64,000 nucleotides of DNA from an uncultured Actinomycetota bacterium (GCA_963795135.1 CAWCGS010000008.1:257794-321793), one strand, 5' to 3'. Counted from the stretch's first letter, positions 1-10,386 are shown. Numbers and translations are program-made. Notes: generated from the letters alone by a model not told the origin.

Positions 1-110
1 CCGCCGGCCGAACCGACCGGCCCAGCCGGTCCGGCCTGCCCGCACCGATGAACGCCAGAACCGATGAACCGATGAACGGCCCGACACGAAGCTCTCGAAA
101 GGAGCATCAC

Positions 111-1061
111 ATGCACAGCAAGAAAATCCTGGCCGCGACCGGCGTAGTCGCCCTTGCCCTGGGCCTCGCGGCCTGCGGCGACGACGGCGGTGGCGGGTCC
201 GCCACCGAGGGCACCCTGAGCGGCGCCTCGATCACGGTCGGCTCGAAGGACTTCGACGAGCAGCTGATCCTCGGCAACATCAGCAAGCTGGCGCTCGAGA
301 ACGCCGGCGCCGACGTCAAGGACGAGATCAACACCGGTGGCACCGACGTCACCCGCCGGGCACTGACCAGCGGGGCGATCAACACCTACTGGGAGTACAA
401 CGGCACCGCCTGGGTCTCCTTCTTCAAGGAGACCGAGCCGATCCCGGACCGGGTCGAGCAGTACGAGGTCGTGCGTGACCGCGACCTGGAGGAGAACAAG
501 CTCCACTGGCTCGAGCCGGCCGACTTCAACAACACCTACGCGCTGGCCTACGCCAGCGAGGCCGCCGACGAACTCGGCAACCCCGAGACGCTCTCGGACC
601 TGGGTGACCTGATCAGCAGCGACCCCGACAAGGCGACGATCTGCGTGGAGAGCGAGTTCTCCGCCCGTGACGACGGCCTGCCGGGCATGGAGAAGACCTA
701 CGGCTACACGTTCCCGTCGAGCAACATCACGGTGCTCGACACCGCGATCGTCTACTCCGCCGCCGACAAGCAGGACCCCTGCTACTTCGGTGAGGTCTTC
801 ACCAGCGACGGTCGCGTCAGCGCCCTCGACCTGACCGTCCTCGAGGACGACAAGGGGTTCTTCCCGCTCTACAACCCGAGCCCGGTCTTCACCGACGACG
901 TCTACTCCGAGTACGGCGACGCCCTCGACGAGATCTTCAACCCGATCTCCGAGGCGCTCACCCAGGAGGAGATGACGGCTCTCAACGAGAAGGTGTCGGT
1001 CGACCTCGAGCAGCCCGACCAGGTGGCCGAGGACTGGATGAAGGACAACGGCTTCATCTGA
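111..1061 (+). CDS. Glycine betaine/osmoprotectant ABC transporter substrate-binding lipoprotein (OpuAC/OsmF-like)
   Basis: GAAAGGAG RBS before ATG 111; lipobox LAAC; VGSKDFDEQ, YWEYNGT and FNNTYALA motifs. Confidence 0.9.
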   Translation: MHSKKILAATGVVALALGLAACGDDGGGGSATEGTLSGASITVGSKDFDEQLILGNISKLALENAGADVKDEINTGGTDVTRRALTSGAINTYWEYNGTAWVSFFKETEPIPDRVEQYEVVRDRDLEENKLHWLEPADFNNTYALAYASEAADELGNPETLSDLGDLISSDPDKATICVESEFSARDDGLPGMEKTYGYTFPSSNITVLDTAIVYSAADKQDPCYFGEVFTSDGRVSALDLTVLEDDKGFFPLYNPSPVFTDDVYSEYGDALDEIFNPISEALTQEEMTALNEKVSVDLEQPDQVAEDWMKDNGFI

Positions 1062-1104
1062 GCCGACCCCAGGCTCCCGCACCGTCCCGGCGGCCGTCAC
1101 CTCG

Positions 1105-2076
1105 TCACGTCGACGAGGGGGCGGCCGCCGGTCGCGTCGGACGACCGGGTCGGGCCGTACGGCGCCGCAGCAGCAGCCAGGCCGGCGTACCGAGGAGGAC
1201 CAGCAGGGCGGCGAACGGCAGCACCGTGCCCGCCACGGTGGCGAGGCCGGTGAGGACCGTGCCCAGCGCCTTCCAGCCGTCCGCGAGACCGGGCAGGAAC
1301 CCGGCGTCGTCGGTGGCGGGCTCCTCCTCCGCCCGGGTCCGCTCCAGGTGCACGGTGATCGTCGACAGCGAGGTCTGGTCGGCGAGGTAGGCCTGCTGGG
1401 ACTTCAGGCTGTCGAGCGCGGCCTGGCGGCGCGTGAGCTGGGCCTCGATCGCGACGACGTCACGGATCGAGGTGGCGCGGCCGAAGAGCACCTCCACCCG
1501 CGCCAGGCTCTGCTCCTGGGCCCGGATCCGGGCCACGACGTCGATCACCTGCGTGGAGACGTCCTCCGAGCTGCGGGTGGAGGACTCCAGGTCCCCGATC
1601 TGCTCCAGCGCCGACACGGCCTCGCTGAAGTCGGCCGACGGCACGCGCACCACCAGCCGTGAGCGGCGTACGCCGTCACCGCCGTCGTCCGCGGTGGAGG
1701 TCTCCTCGTCGGTGACCTCGCCGCGCATCTCGTCGACCAGCTTCTGCACCGCGAAGCGCGCGTCGGCCACGTCGTCGGTGCGCAGCGAGACGGTGGCGGT
1801 GGAGATGACCGACCGCTGCTCGATGGCGGTCTGCGTGGCCGCGTCGACGTCCTGAGCTGCGAACGCGTCCCCGGTCACGGACGCGGTGTCGCCCCCGCCG
1901 GACCCCGAGTCCTCGGCAGCAGGCGCAGGAACGACCTCGGTGGTGGAGCTCCCCGAGGACGCGTCCTCCGAGTCGGAGCCTCCCCCGAGAGCGCAACCGG
2001 CGATGAGCAGCACGGGGGCGGTGACGGCGGCCAGCAGGAGGGAGGCCCGGGAGCGCCGCCGTGATCGTGGGTTCAT
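1105..2076 (-). CDS. DUF4349 domain lipoprotein
   Basis: Signal peptide ending LIAGC; RVPSADF, EDVSTQVID and coiled-coil segments; C-terminal TM helix. Confidence 0.8.
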   Translation of the reverse strand: MNPRSRRRSRASLLLAAVTAPVLLIAGCALGGGSDSEDASSGSSTTEVVPAPAAEDSGSGGGDTASVTGDAFAAQDVDAATQTAIEQRSVISTATVSLRTDDVADARFAVQKLVDEMRGEVTDEETSTADDGGDGVRRSRLVVRVPSADFSEAVSALEQIGDLESSTRSSEDVSTQVIDVVARIRAQEQSLARVEVLFGRATSIRDVVAIEAQLTRRQAALDSLKSQQAYLADQTSLSTITVHLERTRAEEEPATDDAGFLPGLADGWKALGTVLTGLATVAGTVLPFAALLVLLGTPAWLLLRRRTARPGRPTRPAAAPSST

Positions 2077-2178
2077 GGCAGTCGGACGCCCGGTGCCCGC
2101 TGGTGGTTCCCGCACGTCGATGAGGCATCGGTACGGCGTCCGCGCCTGGTCCGTGCGGCGGTCTGGCAGGGTGGAGGC

Positions 2179-3696
2179 GTGCGCGTGCTGGTGGTCGGAG
2201 CGGGACTGGCCGGACTCACCGCGGCGCACGACCTCGCGGTCGCCGGGCACGACGTGCTGGTGCTGGAGGGTGCCGCGCGGGTCGGCGGCAAGCTGCGCCG
2301 CCAGCGGGTGGCCGGGGTGGAGGTCGACGTCGGCGCCGAGGCGATGCTCAACCGTCGTCCGGAGGGGGTCGAGCTGGCCCGGTCGCTGGGGCTGGAGCCG
2401 GTGCACCCCAGCGCGGCGACGTCGCGAGTGTGGACCCGGGGAGCCTTGCGCCCGCTGCCGCGCACGCTGCTCGGCGCACCCCTGGACGGCGACCAGCTCG
2501 CGGCGTCCGGGGTGCTGAGCGACGCCGGGGTGGCGCGGGCGCTGGCCGAGGTGGTCGGCCCGGTCGAGGGGGACCCGTCGGTGGGCGACCTGGTGGCGGC
2601 GCGCTTCGGCGACGAGGTGACCGACCGGCTGGTCGAGCCGCTGCTCGGCGGGGTGTACGCCGGTCGCGCGCGCGAGATCTCGGCCCGTGCTGCTGCGCCC
2701 CAGCTGGTCGCGCTGGCCCGGCGCGGCTCGATCCTCGAGCAGGCGGCGCTGCTGCCCGTGGACTCCTCACCGGTCTTCGCCGGTCTGGTCGGTGGGATGA
2801 CCGGGCTGGTCGACGCGCTCGCCGCTGGTCCGTTCGAGGTCCGGACCGGGGTGCAGGTGCGGGAGGTGCTGCGGGTGAGGGGTGGTTTCGTGGCTCGCTG
2901 CGCTCGCACCTCAACCACCGATCGGGCGTCCGCTCGCACGTCGACCACCGATCGGGCGTCCGCTCGCACGTCGACCACCGATCGGGCGTCCGCTCGCACG
3001 TCGACCGCCGATCGGGCGTCCGCTCGCACGTCGACCGCCGATCGGGCGTCCGCTCGCGCGTCGGGCGCCGGGGCGGAGCGGTTCGAGACCGAGGTGTTCG
3101 ACGCGGTGGTGATGGCGACGCCCGCAGCGCCGACGTCGCGCCTGCTCGTCGAGCTCGCGCCGGCCGCCGCCGCGGAGCTCGCGGGCATCGACTCCGCCTC
3201 GATGGCCGTGGTGACGCTGGCCTTCCGGACCGCTGAGGTGCCCGACCTGGTGAGGACCGGCGCCTCCGGCTTCCTCGTGCCCCCCGTCGACCGGAGGCGG
3301 ATCAAGGCCGCGACGTTCTCGTTCGCCAAGTGGGACTGGGTGGGCGACGCCGGGGCCGCCGAGGGCGTGCTCCACCTGCGCACCTCGATCGGTCGGATCG
3401 GGGAGGAGTCGGACCTCCAGGCCACCGACGACGAGCTCGTCGCCCGCTCGCTGGTCGAGCTCGCCGACGCGGTCGACCTCCGCGCCGTACCGGTCGACAC
3501 CCACGTGCAGAGGTGGGGCGGCGGGTTGCCGCAGTACCGACCCGGCCACCTCGACCGCGTCGCGCGGATCCGCGCCGACCTGGCGGGTGTGCCGGGGCTG
3601 GCCGTCTGCGGCGCGGCGTACGACGGCGTGGGCCTGCCCGCGGTGATCGCCTCGGCCCACCGCGCCGTGCGCGACCTCACCGCCGACCCCGCCTGA
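2179..3696 (+). CDS. hemG: Protoporphyrinogen/coproporphyrinogen oxidase (HemY/HemG) with an in-frame repeat insertion
   Basis: VVGAGLAGL Rossmann motif, DVGAEAM, EPLLGGVYAG, LPQYRPGH, YDGVGLPAVI; close to hemQ. Confidence 0.93.
   Translation: MRVLVVGAGLAGLTAAHDLAVAGHDVLVLEGAARVGGKLRRQRVAGVEVDVGAEAMLNRRPEGVELARSLGLEPVHPSAATSRVWTRGALRPLPRTLLGAPLDGDQLAASGVLSDAGVARALAEVVGPVEGDPSVGDLVAARFGDEVTDRLVEPLLGGVYAGRAREISARAAAPQLVALARRGSILEQAALLPVDSSPVFAGLVGGMTGLVDALAAGPFEVRTGVQVREVLRVRGGFVARCARTSTTDRASARTSTTDRASARTSTTDRASARTSTADRASARTSTADRASARASGAGAERFETEVFDAVVMATPAAPTSRLLVELAPAAAAELAGIDSASMAVVTLAFRTAEVPDLVRTGASGFLVPPVDRRRIKAATFSFAKWDWVGDAGAAEGVLHLRTSIGRIGEESDLQATDDELVARSLVELADAVDLRAVPVDTHVQRWGGGLPQYRPGHLDRVARIRADLAGVPGLAVCGAAYDGVGLPAVIASAHRAVRDLTADPA
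2881..3063 (+). repeat. REP-like element plus 30-bp tandem repeat (5 copies and a partial) inside hemG
   Basis: 2881-2920 is identical to 19796-19835; unit CGCTCGCACGTCGACC(A/G)CCGATCGGGCGTC from 2901 encodes ARTST(T/A)DRAS. Confidence 0.95.
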
Positions 3697-3781
3697 GCCG
3701 CTGTGCCCGTGCCCAGGCATCGGCCCAGCGCCGGCCCACGTGCAGGGTCCACACCACGAAGCCGCGACTAGGGTCGACCGC

Positions 3782-4405
3782 ATGCACGAGCACAAGGGGT
3801 TCGACGACGAGGCCGCCACGTGGGACGACGATCCGGGTCACGAGGCGCGGCAGGTGGCGGTGGCCAGGGCCATCGCGGAGACCGTGGAGCTGGGGCCCGG
3901 GACGAGCGCGGTCGACATCGGCGGCGGCACCGGTCGGCTGAGCATCCTGCTTGCCGACCGGGTCGGCTCCGTCGTCGTGACCGACCCGTCCGCCGGGATG
4001 GTGCAGGTCGCACGGGAGCGGATCGAGGCGGCGGGGCTGCGTGACCGGCTGCGCGCCGTCCAGGCCGACCTCACGAGGGACCGGCTCGAGGGGACCTACG
4101 ACGTGGTCTGGAGCTCGATGGCCCTGCACCACGTGCGCGACCCGGACGCGCTGCTGCGGTCGGTGGCGGGGCTCCTGGTCGAGGGTGGCTGGCTGGCGAT
4201 CGCCGACCTGGACGCGGATCCCGAGGGGGCCTTCCACGCCGACAAGGTCGACTTCGACGGACACGACGGGTTCGACAGGGAGCGTCTTGCCGAGCAGCTG
4301 GCCCGGGCCGGGTTCGTCGAGGTCCGCTTCGTCGACGCCACGACCATCCTCAAGGGCGATCGCGAGTTCGGTGTCTTCCTGTGCACGGCGACCAAGGGCG
4401 CCTGA
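3782..4405 (+). CDS. Class I SAM-dependent methyltransferase
   Basis: FDDEAATWD N-terminus, VDIGGGTG motif I, YDVVWSSMALHH. Confidence 0.9.
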   Translation: MHEHKGFDDEAATWDDDPGHEARQVAVARAIAETVELGPGTSAVDIGGGTGRLSILLADRVGSVVVTDPSAGMVQVARERIEAAGLRDRLRAVQADLTRDRLEGTYDVVWSSMALHHVRDPDALLRSVAGLLVEGGWLAIADLDADPEGAFHADKVDFDGHDGFDRERLAEQLARAGFVEVRFVDATTILKGDREFGVFLCTATKGA

Positions 4406-4570
4406 GCCCATCGGGTTGCCAAGACCGTCGCCCCCACCGCGCAGGATGCGGTGACGGCTCGGGGGGCCGCACCTCGGCGACCGGCTGGTCCAGGCGAGGC
4501 ACCCCTGCGGCGAACGCCTGGCGCGGCGGCCACCGCTCGATCATCCACGACCCCCGGGCAGAATGGCAGC

Positions 4571-5290
4571 ATGAGCGACGACACGACCACCCAGAGCAAC
4601 GCCGCCCGGCTGCGGGAGATCAACGAGTCGATCCGCTACACCATGTGGTCGGTCTTCCGGCTCCGCGACGTGCTGGGTGACGATGCCGACCGCACCGCCG
4701 AGGGCGCCGAGGTCGAGAAGCTCTTCGCCGAGCTCGCCTCCGAGGACGTCGTGGTCCGTGGCGTCTACGACGTCAGCGGGCTGCGGGCCGACGCCGACCT
4801 GATGGTCTGGTGGCACGCGTCGCAGAGCGAGCCGCTGCAGGGCGCCTACCACCGCTTCCGGCGTACGGCGTTCGGTCGCCGCCTCGACCCCGTCTGGTCG
4901 CAGCTGGCGCTGCACCGGCCGGCGGAGTTCAACAAGAGCCACGTGCCGGCGTTCCTCAACGACGAGGCGCCCAAGGCGCACCTGTCGGTCTACCCGTTCG
5001 TCCGCTCCTACGAGTGGTACCTCCTGCCCGACGAGGAGCGCCGCGCGCTGCTCGCCGAGCACGGCAAGATGGCCCGCCCCTACCCCGACGTGCGCGCCAA
5101 CACGGTCGCGTCGTTCGCGCTCGGTGACTACGAGTGGATGCTGGCCTTCGAGGCCGACGACCTGTTCCGCATCGTCGACCTGATGCGCGACCTGCGCGCC
5201 TCCGCCGCCCGCCGGCACGTGCGCGAGGAGGTGCCGTTCTACACCGGCTCCCTGGTGCCGATCGCCGATCTGGTCGACCGCCTGCCGTAG
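4571..5290 (+). CDS. hemQ: Coproheme decarboxylase (chlorite dismutase family)
   Basis: [38 protein letters not shown] motifs; hem context. Confidence 0.93.
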   Translation: MSDDTTTQSNAARLREINESIRYTMWSVFRLRDVLGDDADRTAEGAEVEKLFAELASEDVVVRGVYDVSGLRADADLMVWWHASQSEPLQGAYHRFRRTAFGRRLDPVWSQLALHRPAEFNKSHVPAFLNDEAPKAHLSVYPFVRSYEWYLLPDEERRALLAEHGKMARPYPDVRANTVASFALGDYEWMLAFEADDLFRIVDLMRDLRASAARRHVREEVPFYTGSLVPIADLVDRLP

Positions 5291-5491
5291 GGCACGCTCG
5301 GTGGTGGCGGTGGGTGGGCCACCGTCGGGCGGCCAGCCGGCCGCGGAGCAGACGCAGGAAAAGGGCATGCGGGACTCCGGGGGAGTGGTGCCCGGGTCGA
5401 CCGTGGGAGGAGATGCGTTCGACTGATCAACGACCCCGCGCGCCAGAGGTGACGCACGGAACCTCGTCGTGCCGGTGGCCGTCAGACCCCC

Positions 5492-6154
5492 ATGCGCACC
5501 CCACTCACGGCCGTGCCCGCCGCCCTGCTCCTGGCCCTGCTCCTGACCGTGGTGCTGACCGCCTGCTCCTCCGAGCCGACCGGCGGGAGCGGTGACCGTG
5601 CGGACGACCCGGCCGGCCGTTCGGCCGACCCCGGGCCGATGCCCACCAGCGCCCCGGCCGCGGCGGGCGAGGTGGTCACCCGGGCGCCGGTCACGGTGAT
5701 GGACACCGGCTCGCCCGAGCTCTGCCTCGGCCCGGTCGCCGAGTCCTACCCGCCCCAGTGCGGCGGGCCGGCGCTGGTCGGGTGGGCGTGGGGCGACCAC
5801 GGCGGAGAGCTCGAGAGGGTCGGCGACGTGCGGTGGGGCGAGTTCGTGGTGACCGGCACCTGGGACGGGACGTCGGTGACGGTCGCCTCGGCACGGGCCG
5901 CCGGACCGGGTGACCGACCCGTCGACGACGCCCCGCACCCGGCCCCGACGCACAGGCTGTCGGCTGACGAGCTGGCCGGGATCGCCGAGGAGGTCGGCGA
6001 CCTGGGCGGCGCCCGCAGCGCGGGCGGCGCCTACGCCACGCAGGAGCAGGTCCTCGTCGACGTGGTCTACGACGACGGCTCCCTCCAGTCGTGGGCCGAC
6101 GCGACGTACGGCGTGGGTGTGGTCCTGGTGACCGCGGGCCTGGTCGACGCCTGA
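5492..6154 (+). CDS. Hypothetical lipoprotein
   Basis: Lipobox LTAC; ELCLGPVAESYPPQC segment. Confidence 0.75.
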   Translation: MRTPLTAVPAALLLALLLTVVLTACSSEPTGGSGDRADDPAGRSADPGPMPTSAPAAAGEVVTRAPVTVMDTGSPELCLGPVAESYPPQCGGPALVGWAWGDHGGELERVGDVRWGEFVVTGTWDGTSVTVASARAAGPGDRPVDDAPHPAPTHRLSADELAGIAEEVGDLGGARSAGGAYATQEQVLVDVVYDDGSLQSWADATYGVGVVLVTAGLVDA

Positions 6155-6191
6155 CTCGACGCCCGACTCGACGCCGTGCCGCCCCGGTGAC

Positions 6192-7562
6192 TCAGATCGG
6201 GTGGTTGGCCACGAACCGTCCCGTCGGGTCGTACGTCGCCCGCAGGTGCGACAGCCGCGCCCAGTCCTCCCCGTCGTAGAGCGCGCTGGTGTCGACCCGG
6301 TTGTCGGTGAACGTCGCCGCCAGGCCGGCCAACGACCAGGGCGCCAGCGCCCGGTCGACCCGGGCGCAGGCGGCCCGTCCGGGCTCGACCGCCTCCGGCA
6401 CCGGGGTCACCGCGATCGAGTGCAGCGCGTAGTCGCCGCGGAGGCAGGAGAGCGCACCCCCGTGCCCCGCGGGTCTGGAGAAGGCGCCTCCGAGGTGGCG
6501 GATCTCGGCGAAGAGCAGCCCGCTCGCGGTGCCGGGGCCGACCTCGGCCAGCAGGGCCTGGACCGCCTCCTCGGGCACCTCGTCGAGCATGCTGTGCCCG
6601 GCCACCGCGGGCGTCGGCATCGGCGGGTCCATGTGCACGTCGAGCAGCCCGGGGGCAGGGATCCGCCCGAAGGTGTCCATCTCGGGCCCCAGGTCGCGGA
6701 GCGGGGCCAGCACCTCGGCGGCCCGGTCGTCCTCCTCCAGCACGGCGCCGTCGATCACCACGAGGTCGCGGCCGCTGAGGAACGGCGGCAGCTCGGGGAG
6801 CGGCGGGAAGCTCATCACGCGCAGCGACGTCGTGGCCGACTCCGGGGCCGAGCGGGTCCACGAGGCCCAGGCCCGGACCACCTCGGGGGCGCGCTCGCGG
6901 TCCCACAGCAGCATCCCGGCGTACACGTCGGCGTAGGGGAGCAGGTCGATCTCCATCGCGACCACGACCCCGAAGTTGCCGCCGCCGCCCCGGACCGCCC
7001 AGAAGAGGTCGGGCTCGGTCGCGGCGTCCGCGCGGACGAGCGACCCGTCGGCGGTGACGACCTCCACCGCGCGCACGGCGTTGGCGGCCAGGCCGTGGGC
7101 GCGGCCGTAGAAGGACAGGCCCCCCGAGAGGAGGTAGCCGGCCACGGCCACGTCGGGCGCACTGCCGTGCAGGGCCGTGAGCCCGTGGGCCGCGGCAGCA
7201 GCGACGACCTGGTGCCACTGGGTGCCGCCGACGACCCGGGCCGTGCGGGCGGCCGGGTCGACGGTGACACCGGTCAGCTCGGAGAGCCGGAGCAGCACGA
7301 CGTCCGCGAGCGAGACGCCGACCAGCGGTCCGGCTCCGTGGCCGGTGCTCTGCGGGGCGACCCGCAGCCCGGCCCCGGCCGCGGCGCGGACGACGTCGGC
7401 GACCTCCTCGGCGCTGCGCGGGACGGCGACCGCGGCGGGTCGCTGGTCGACGACGAGGTTCCAGGGCGTGCGGGCGGCGTCGTACCCGGGGTCGCCGGGC
7501 AGGTGTGCCTCGCACACGCCGCGCAGGGTCTCGGCCGACGGGCCGGGGGCTGTGGTGGTCAT
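6192..7562 (-). CDS. FAD-linked oxidase (VAO/berberine-bridge-like family)
   Basis: QSTGHG (probable covalent-FAD His), DLFWAVRGGGGNFGVV, YDPTGRF. Confidence 0.9.
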   Translation of the reverse strand: MTTTAPGPSAETLRGVCEAHLPGDPGYDAARTPWNLVVDQRPAAVAVPRSAEEVADVVRAAAGAGLRVAPQSTGHGAGPLVGVSLADVVLLRLSELTGVTVDPAARTARVVGGTQWHQVVAAAAAHGLTALHGSAPDVAVAGYLLSGGLSFYGRAHGLAANAVRAVEVVTADGSLVRADAATEPDLFWAVRGGGGNFGVVVAMEIDLLPYADVYAGMLLWDRERAPEVVRAWASWTRSAPESATTSLRVMSFPPLPELPPFLSGRDLVVIDGAVLEEDDRAAEVLAPLRDLGPEMDTFGRIPAPGLLDVHMDPPMPTPAVAGHSMLDEVPEEAVQALLAEVGPGTASGLLFAEIRHLGGAFSRPAGHGGALSCLRGDYALHSIAVTPVPEAVEPGRAACARVDRALAPWSLAGLAATFTDNRVDTSALYDGEDWARLSHLRATYDPTGRFVANHPI

Positions 7563-8638
7563 GGGTGTTCCTCCGGTGGTGGGTCCAGCAGGTGGTTCCC
7601 GAGAGGTCGGTGGGCAGGGGTCCAGTCGGTCTCGACCGGACCGCCGGGCCAGGGCGGCTGCAGGCGCAGCAGCCGGTCGACGGCGAGGAACTCGCGCTGC
7701 AGCGCCTCGTCCATCGCATCGAACGGCGGCACCTGCGAGGCGTGGGCGCGGATCGCGGCCCAGCGCAGCTCCAGCAGGTCCGCGACGTCGACGAGCGTGG
7801 TGACCGCCTCGTCCGGGGTCCCGAGCGTGTCGACGCCGGTGAGCTCGGTCATGGCGGCGCGCCCGAGGCAGAAGAGGTAGAGCGCGCCGGGCCGGTGACG
7901 TGCGACGTCGTACGCCGCCAGGGTCGCGTCGCGCACGACCGCGTGGTCGCGGTGACCGTCGCTGGCGTCGAGCGTGACCACGACGTCGGGCCGGAGGTCG
8001 TCGAGGTACGTCGCGACCCGGTCGCGCAGCTCGGTCGGGTCGGCGGCGGCCAACGAGCCCGGGGCCGGCGCGCCGTCCACGCCCGAGTCGCGGTAGTCGA
8101 GCACCTCGACGTGGTCAACGCCGAGCAGGTCGCAGGCCCGGCGCAGCTCGCGCTCCCGTGCGGTGGGCAGGTCGGCGGCGGTCAGGCCGGAGCCGGGCGC
8201 CGGCTCGCCGAGCTCGCCCCGGGTCGCGCAGACCACCCAGGAGCGGACCCCGGTCCGCGCGGCGTGGGCCAGCACGGACCCGCAGCCGAAGGCCTCGTCG
8301 TCGGGGTGGGCCACCACGACCAGCAGCCGCGGGGCGACCCCGGCCTCGAGGGCCACCCGCATCCCCGGCACCCCCAGGTCGGCGGTCTCGGCCACGGTGA
8401 GCGCCGGGGTGGCGCCGAGGTCGTCCAGCCGGTCGGTGAGCACGTCGAGGACCTCGTCGGCCGCGGCCCGGTCGGTCGTCAGCACCCGGAGGGAGACCAG
8501 GTCGGTGGCGGTGCGCCCGGCGTGGGCCACGACGTCCTCGACGCGGCTCAGCGCCAGCGCGAGCTGCGCCGCGACGTCGTCCTCGTGCACGAGCCGGCCC
8601 ACGTCGTCGAGCGGACCGGTGGCGGGGATGGTGAGCAT
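7559..8638 (-). CDS. Rid/YjgF-like N-terminal domain fused to PIG-L/LmbE deacetylase
   Basis: N-terminal QLALALSRVEDVVAHAG...MRVALEA is Rid-like; AHPDDE, TRGELG, GHRDH and HASQ are PIG-L motifs. Confidence 0.8.
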   Translation of the reverse strand: MLTIPATGPLDDVGRLVHEDDVAAQLALALSRVEDVVAHAGRTATDLVSLRVLTTDRAAADEVLDVLTDRLDDLGATPALTVAETADLGVPGMRVALEAGVAPRLLVVVAHPDDEAFGCGSVLAHAARTGVRSWVVCATRGELGEPAPGSGLTAADLPTARERELRRACDLLGVDHVEVLDYRDSGVDGAPAPGSLAAADPTELRDRVATYLDDLRPDVVVTLDASDGHRDHAVVRDATLAAYDVARHRPGALYLFCLGRAAMTELTGVDTLGTPDEAVTTLVDVADLLELRWAAIRAHASQVPPFDAMDEALQREFLAVDRLLRLQPPWPGGPVETDWTPAHRPLGNHLLDPPPEEHP

Positions 8639-8773
8639 GCTCCGATGCTCACCCGGGAGAGTGGACACGGCCATCCCAGGCCTACCGGAAGTCCTAGCCC
8701 GGCGCGACTGGTGGTATAGACCACCCAGCAATGTGGGATGTCGTCGCGCGGGCCCTCGCTCGATACTGACGAC

Positions 8774-9910
8774 ATGCCCAGAGCGCTCACCGCCGAGCGC
8801 GTGGCGCAGGACATCGGGGTCGTGGCGCGCGCCGGACTGGATCTCGAGACCTTCCTCGCCGAGGCCGTGGAGTCGGTCTGTCGGGCGGTGCCCTGGGTCG
8901 CTGCGTGCATGGCCACCCAGGACCCCGGTACGCAGCTGCTCACCAGCGCCCGCAAGTTCGGCGCGCTGCAGGGCCTCAACGACCACGACCGGGAGTTCGG
9001 CCTCGTCGAGTACGGCGCCCTGGAGCCCACCGCCTTCGCCGAGATCGCCCGGTCGCCCCTCCCGGCGGCCGGGGTGCACGCCTTCCACGAGGGGGAGGTC
9101 GAGCAGTCGCAGCGGATGCGGACGTTCATGCGGCCCCGCTTCGACTTCTGCGACGAGGCGCGCGTGGTCTTCCGCGACGGCGACCAGACCTGGGGTGCCA
9201 TGTCGCTCTTCCGAGGGCTCGAGGACCACCCGTTCTCCGAGGACGAGGTGAGGTTCCTGGGCTCCCTGTCCCAGCAGCTGGCCCTCGGGGTGCGCACCGG
9301 CCTGCTGGCCCGGATCGCCGGTGCCCCGCACCCGAGCGCGGCGAGCGGGACGGCCGTCCTGGTCATCGGCCCGGACGACCGGATCATCCAGATGAGCCTG
9401 GGGGCCGAGGCGCGGATCGCCGACCTGATCGCGACGGGAGCGTCCTCCGGCGACCCGCTGGCCGCGGTGGGGGCGCTGGTGGGTGCGGCGCGCCGCTACG
9501 CCCGGGGGGAGTCCTCGACGCCGCCGCGGTCACGGGTACGCGGGGCGAGCGGCATGTGGCTGGTGCTCCAGGCCTCGCCGCTGACCTCGTCCGGCGACCG
9601 GGTGGGCGAGGTGGTGGTCACGATCGAGGAGGCCCGGCCGCCCGAGATCGTGGCGCTGGTGGTTGCCGCCTTCGACCTGACCCCGCGCGAGCGTGACGTC
9701 ACCCAGCTGGTCCTGCAGGGAGTCGACACCAAGGAGGTCGCGGCCGCCCTGCACGTCTCGGCGTACACGGTGCAGGACCACCTGAAGTCGATCTTCGAGA
9801 AGGCCGACGTCCGGTCGCGGCGGGAGCTGGTCGCGCGCATCTACTTCGACCAGTACGTGCCGCGGATGGGCTCCGAGCTGGGCCCGGCGGGGTGGTTCAG
9901 CACCTCCTGA
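8774..9910 (+). CDS. LuxR-family transcriptional regulator with GAF-like N-terminus
   Basis: C-terminal LTPRERDV...SAYTVQDHLKSIFEK HTH; divergent from the PIG-L/oxidase operon. Confidence 0.88.
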   Translation: MPRALTAERVAQDIGVVARAGLDLETFLAEAVESVCRAVPWVAACMATQDPGTQLLTSARKFGALQGLNDHDREFGLVEYGALEPTAFAEIARSPLPAAGVHAFHEGEVEQSQRMRTFMRPRFDFCDEARVVFRDGDQTWGAMSLFRGLEDHPFSEDEVRFLGSLSQQLALGVRTGLLARIAGAPHPSAASGTAVLVIGPDDRIIQMSLGAEARIADLIATGASSGDPLAAVGALVGAARRYARGESSTPPRSRVRGASGMWLVLQASPLTSSGDRVGEVVVTIEEARPPEIVALVVAAFDLTPRERDVTQLVLQGVDTKEVAAALHVSAYTVQDHLKSIFEKADVRSRRELVARIYFDQYVPRMGSELGPAGWFSTS

Positions 9911-9943
9911 CCGTCCGCCCCTCAGGCGCGGACGGTCCGCACC

Positions 9944-10348
9944 TCAGGCCTCGTCGGCCGGCTCGAGGGTCAGGCTGATCGAGTTGATGCAGTAGCGGTC
10001 GCCGGTCGGGGTGCCGTGGCCGTCGGGAAAGACGTGCCCGAGGTGGGAGCCGCACGCGGCGCACCGGACCTCGACGCGCTTCATCCCGAGGGTGGAGTCG
10101 TCGACGTACTCGACCGTGTCGGTGATCGGCTGGTAGAAGCTCGGCCAGCCGCAGCCGGAGTGGAACTTGGTGTCGGACTCGAAGAGCTTGGCCTGGCAGG
10201 CCTTGCAGCGGTAGATCCCGGTCGTCTCGGTGTCGGTGTACTCACCGACGAAAGCGCGCTCGGTGCCGGCCTTGCGGAGCACGGCGTACTCGTCGGGGGA
10301 GAGCTGCTGACGCCACTCGGAGTCGGACTTCTCGACGTTGTAAGGCAT
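9944..10348 (-). CDS. msrB: Peptide-methionine (R)-S-oxide reductase
   Basis: GTERAF, SGCGWPSF, HLGHVF, RYCINS; two CxxC motifs. Confidence 0.97.
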   Translation of the reverse strand: MPYNVEKSDSEWRQQLSPDEYAVLRKAGTERAFVGEYTDTETTGIYRCKACQAKLFESDTKFHSGCGWPSFYQPITDTVEYVDDSTLGMKRVEVRCAACGSHLGHVFPDGHGTPTGDRYCINSISLTLEPADEA

Positions 10349-10386
10349 GAACCGATCGTAGTGTGGATACCAAGGTTGACGAGTTC

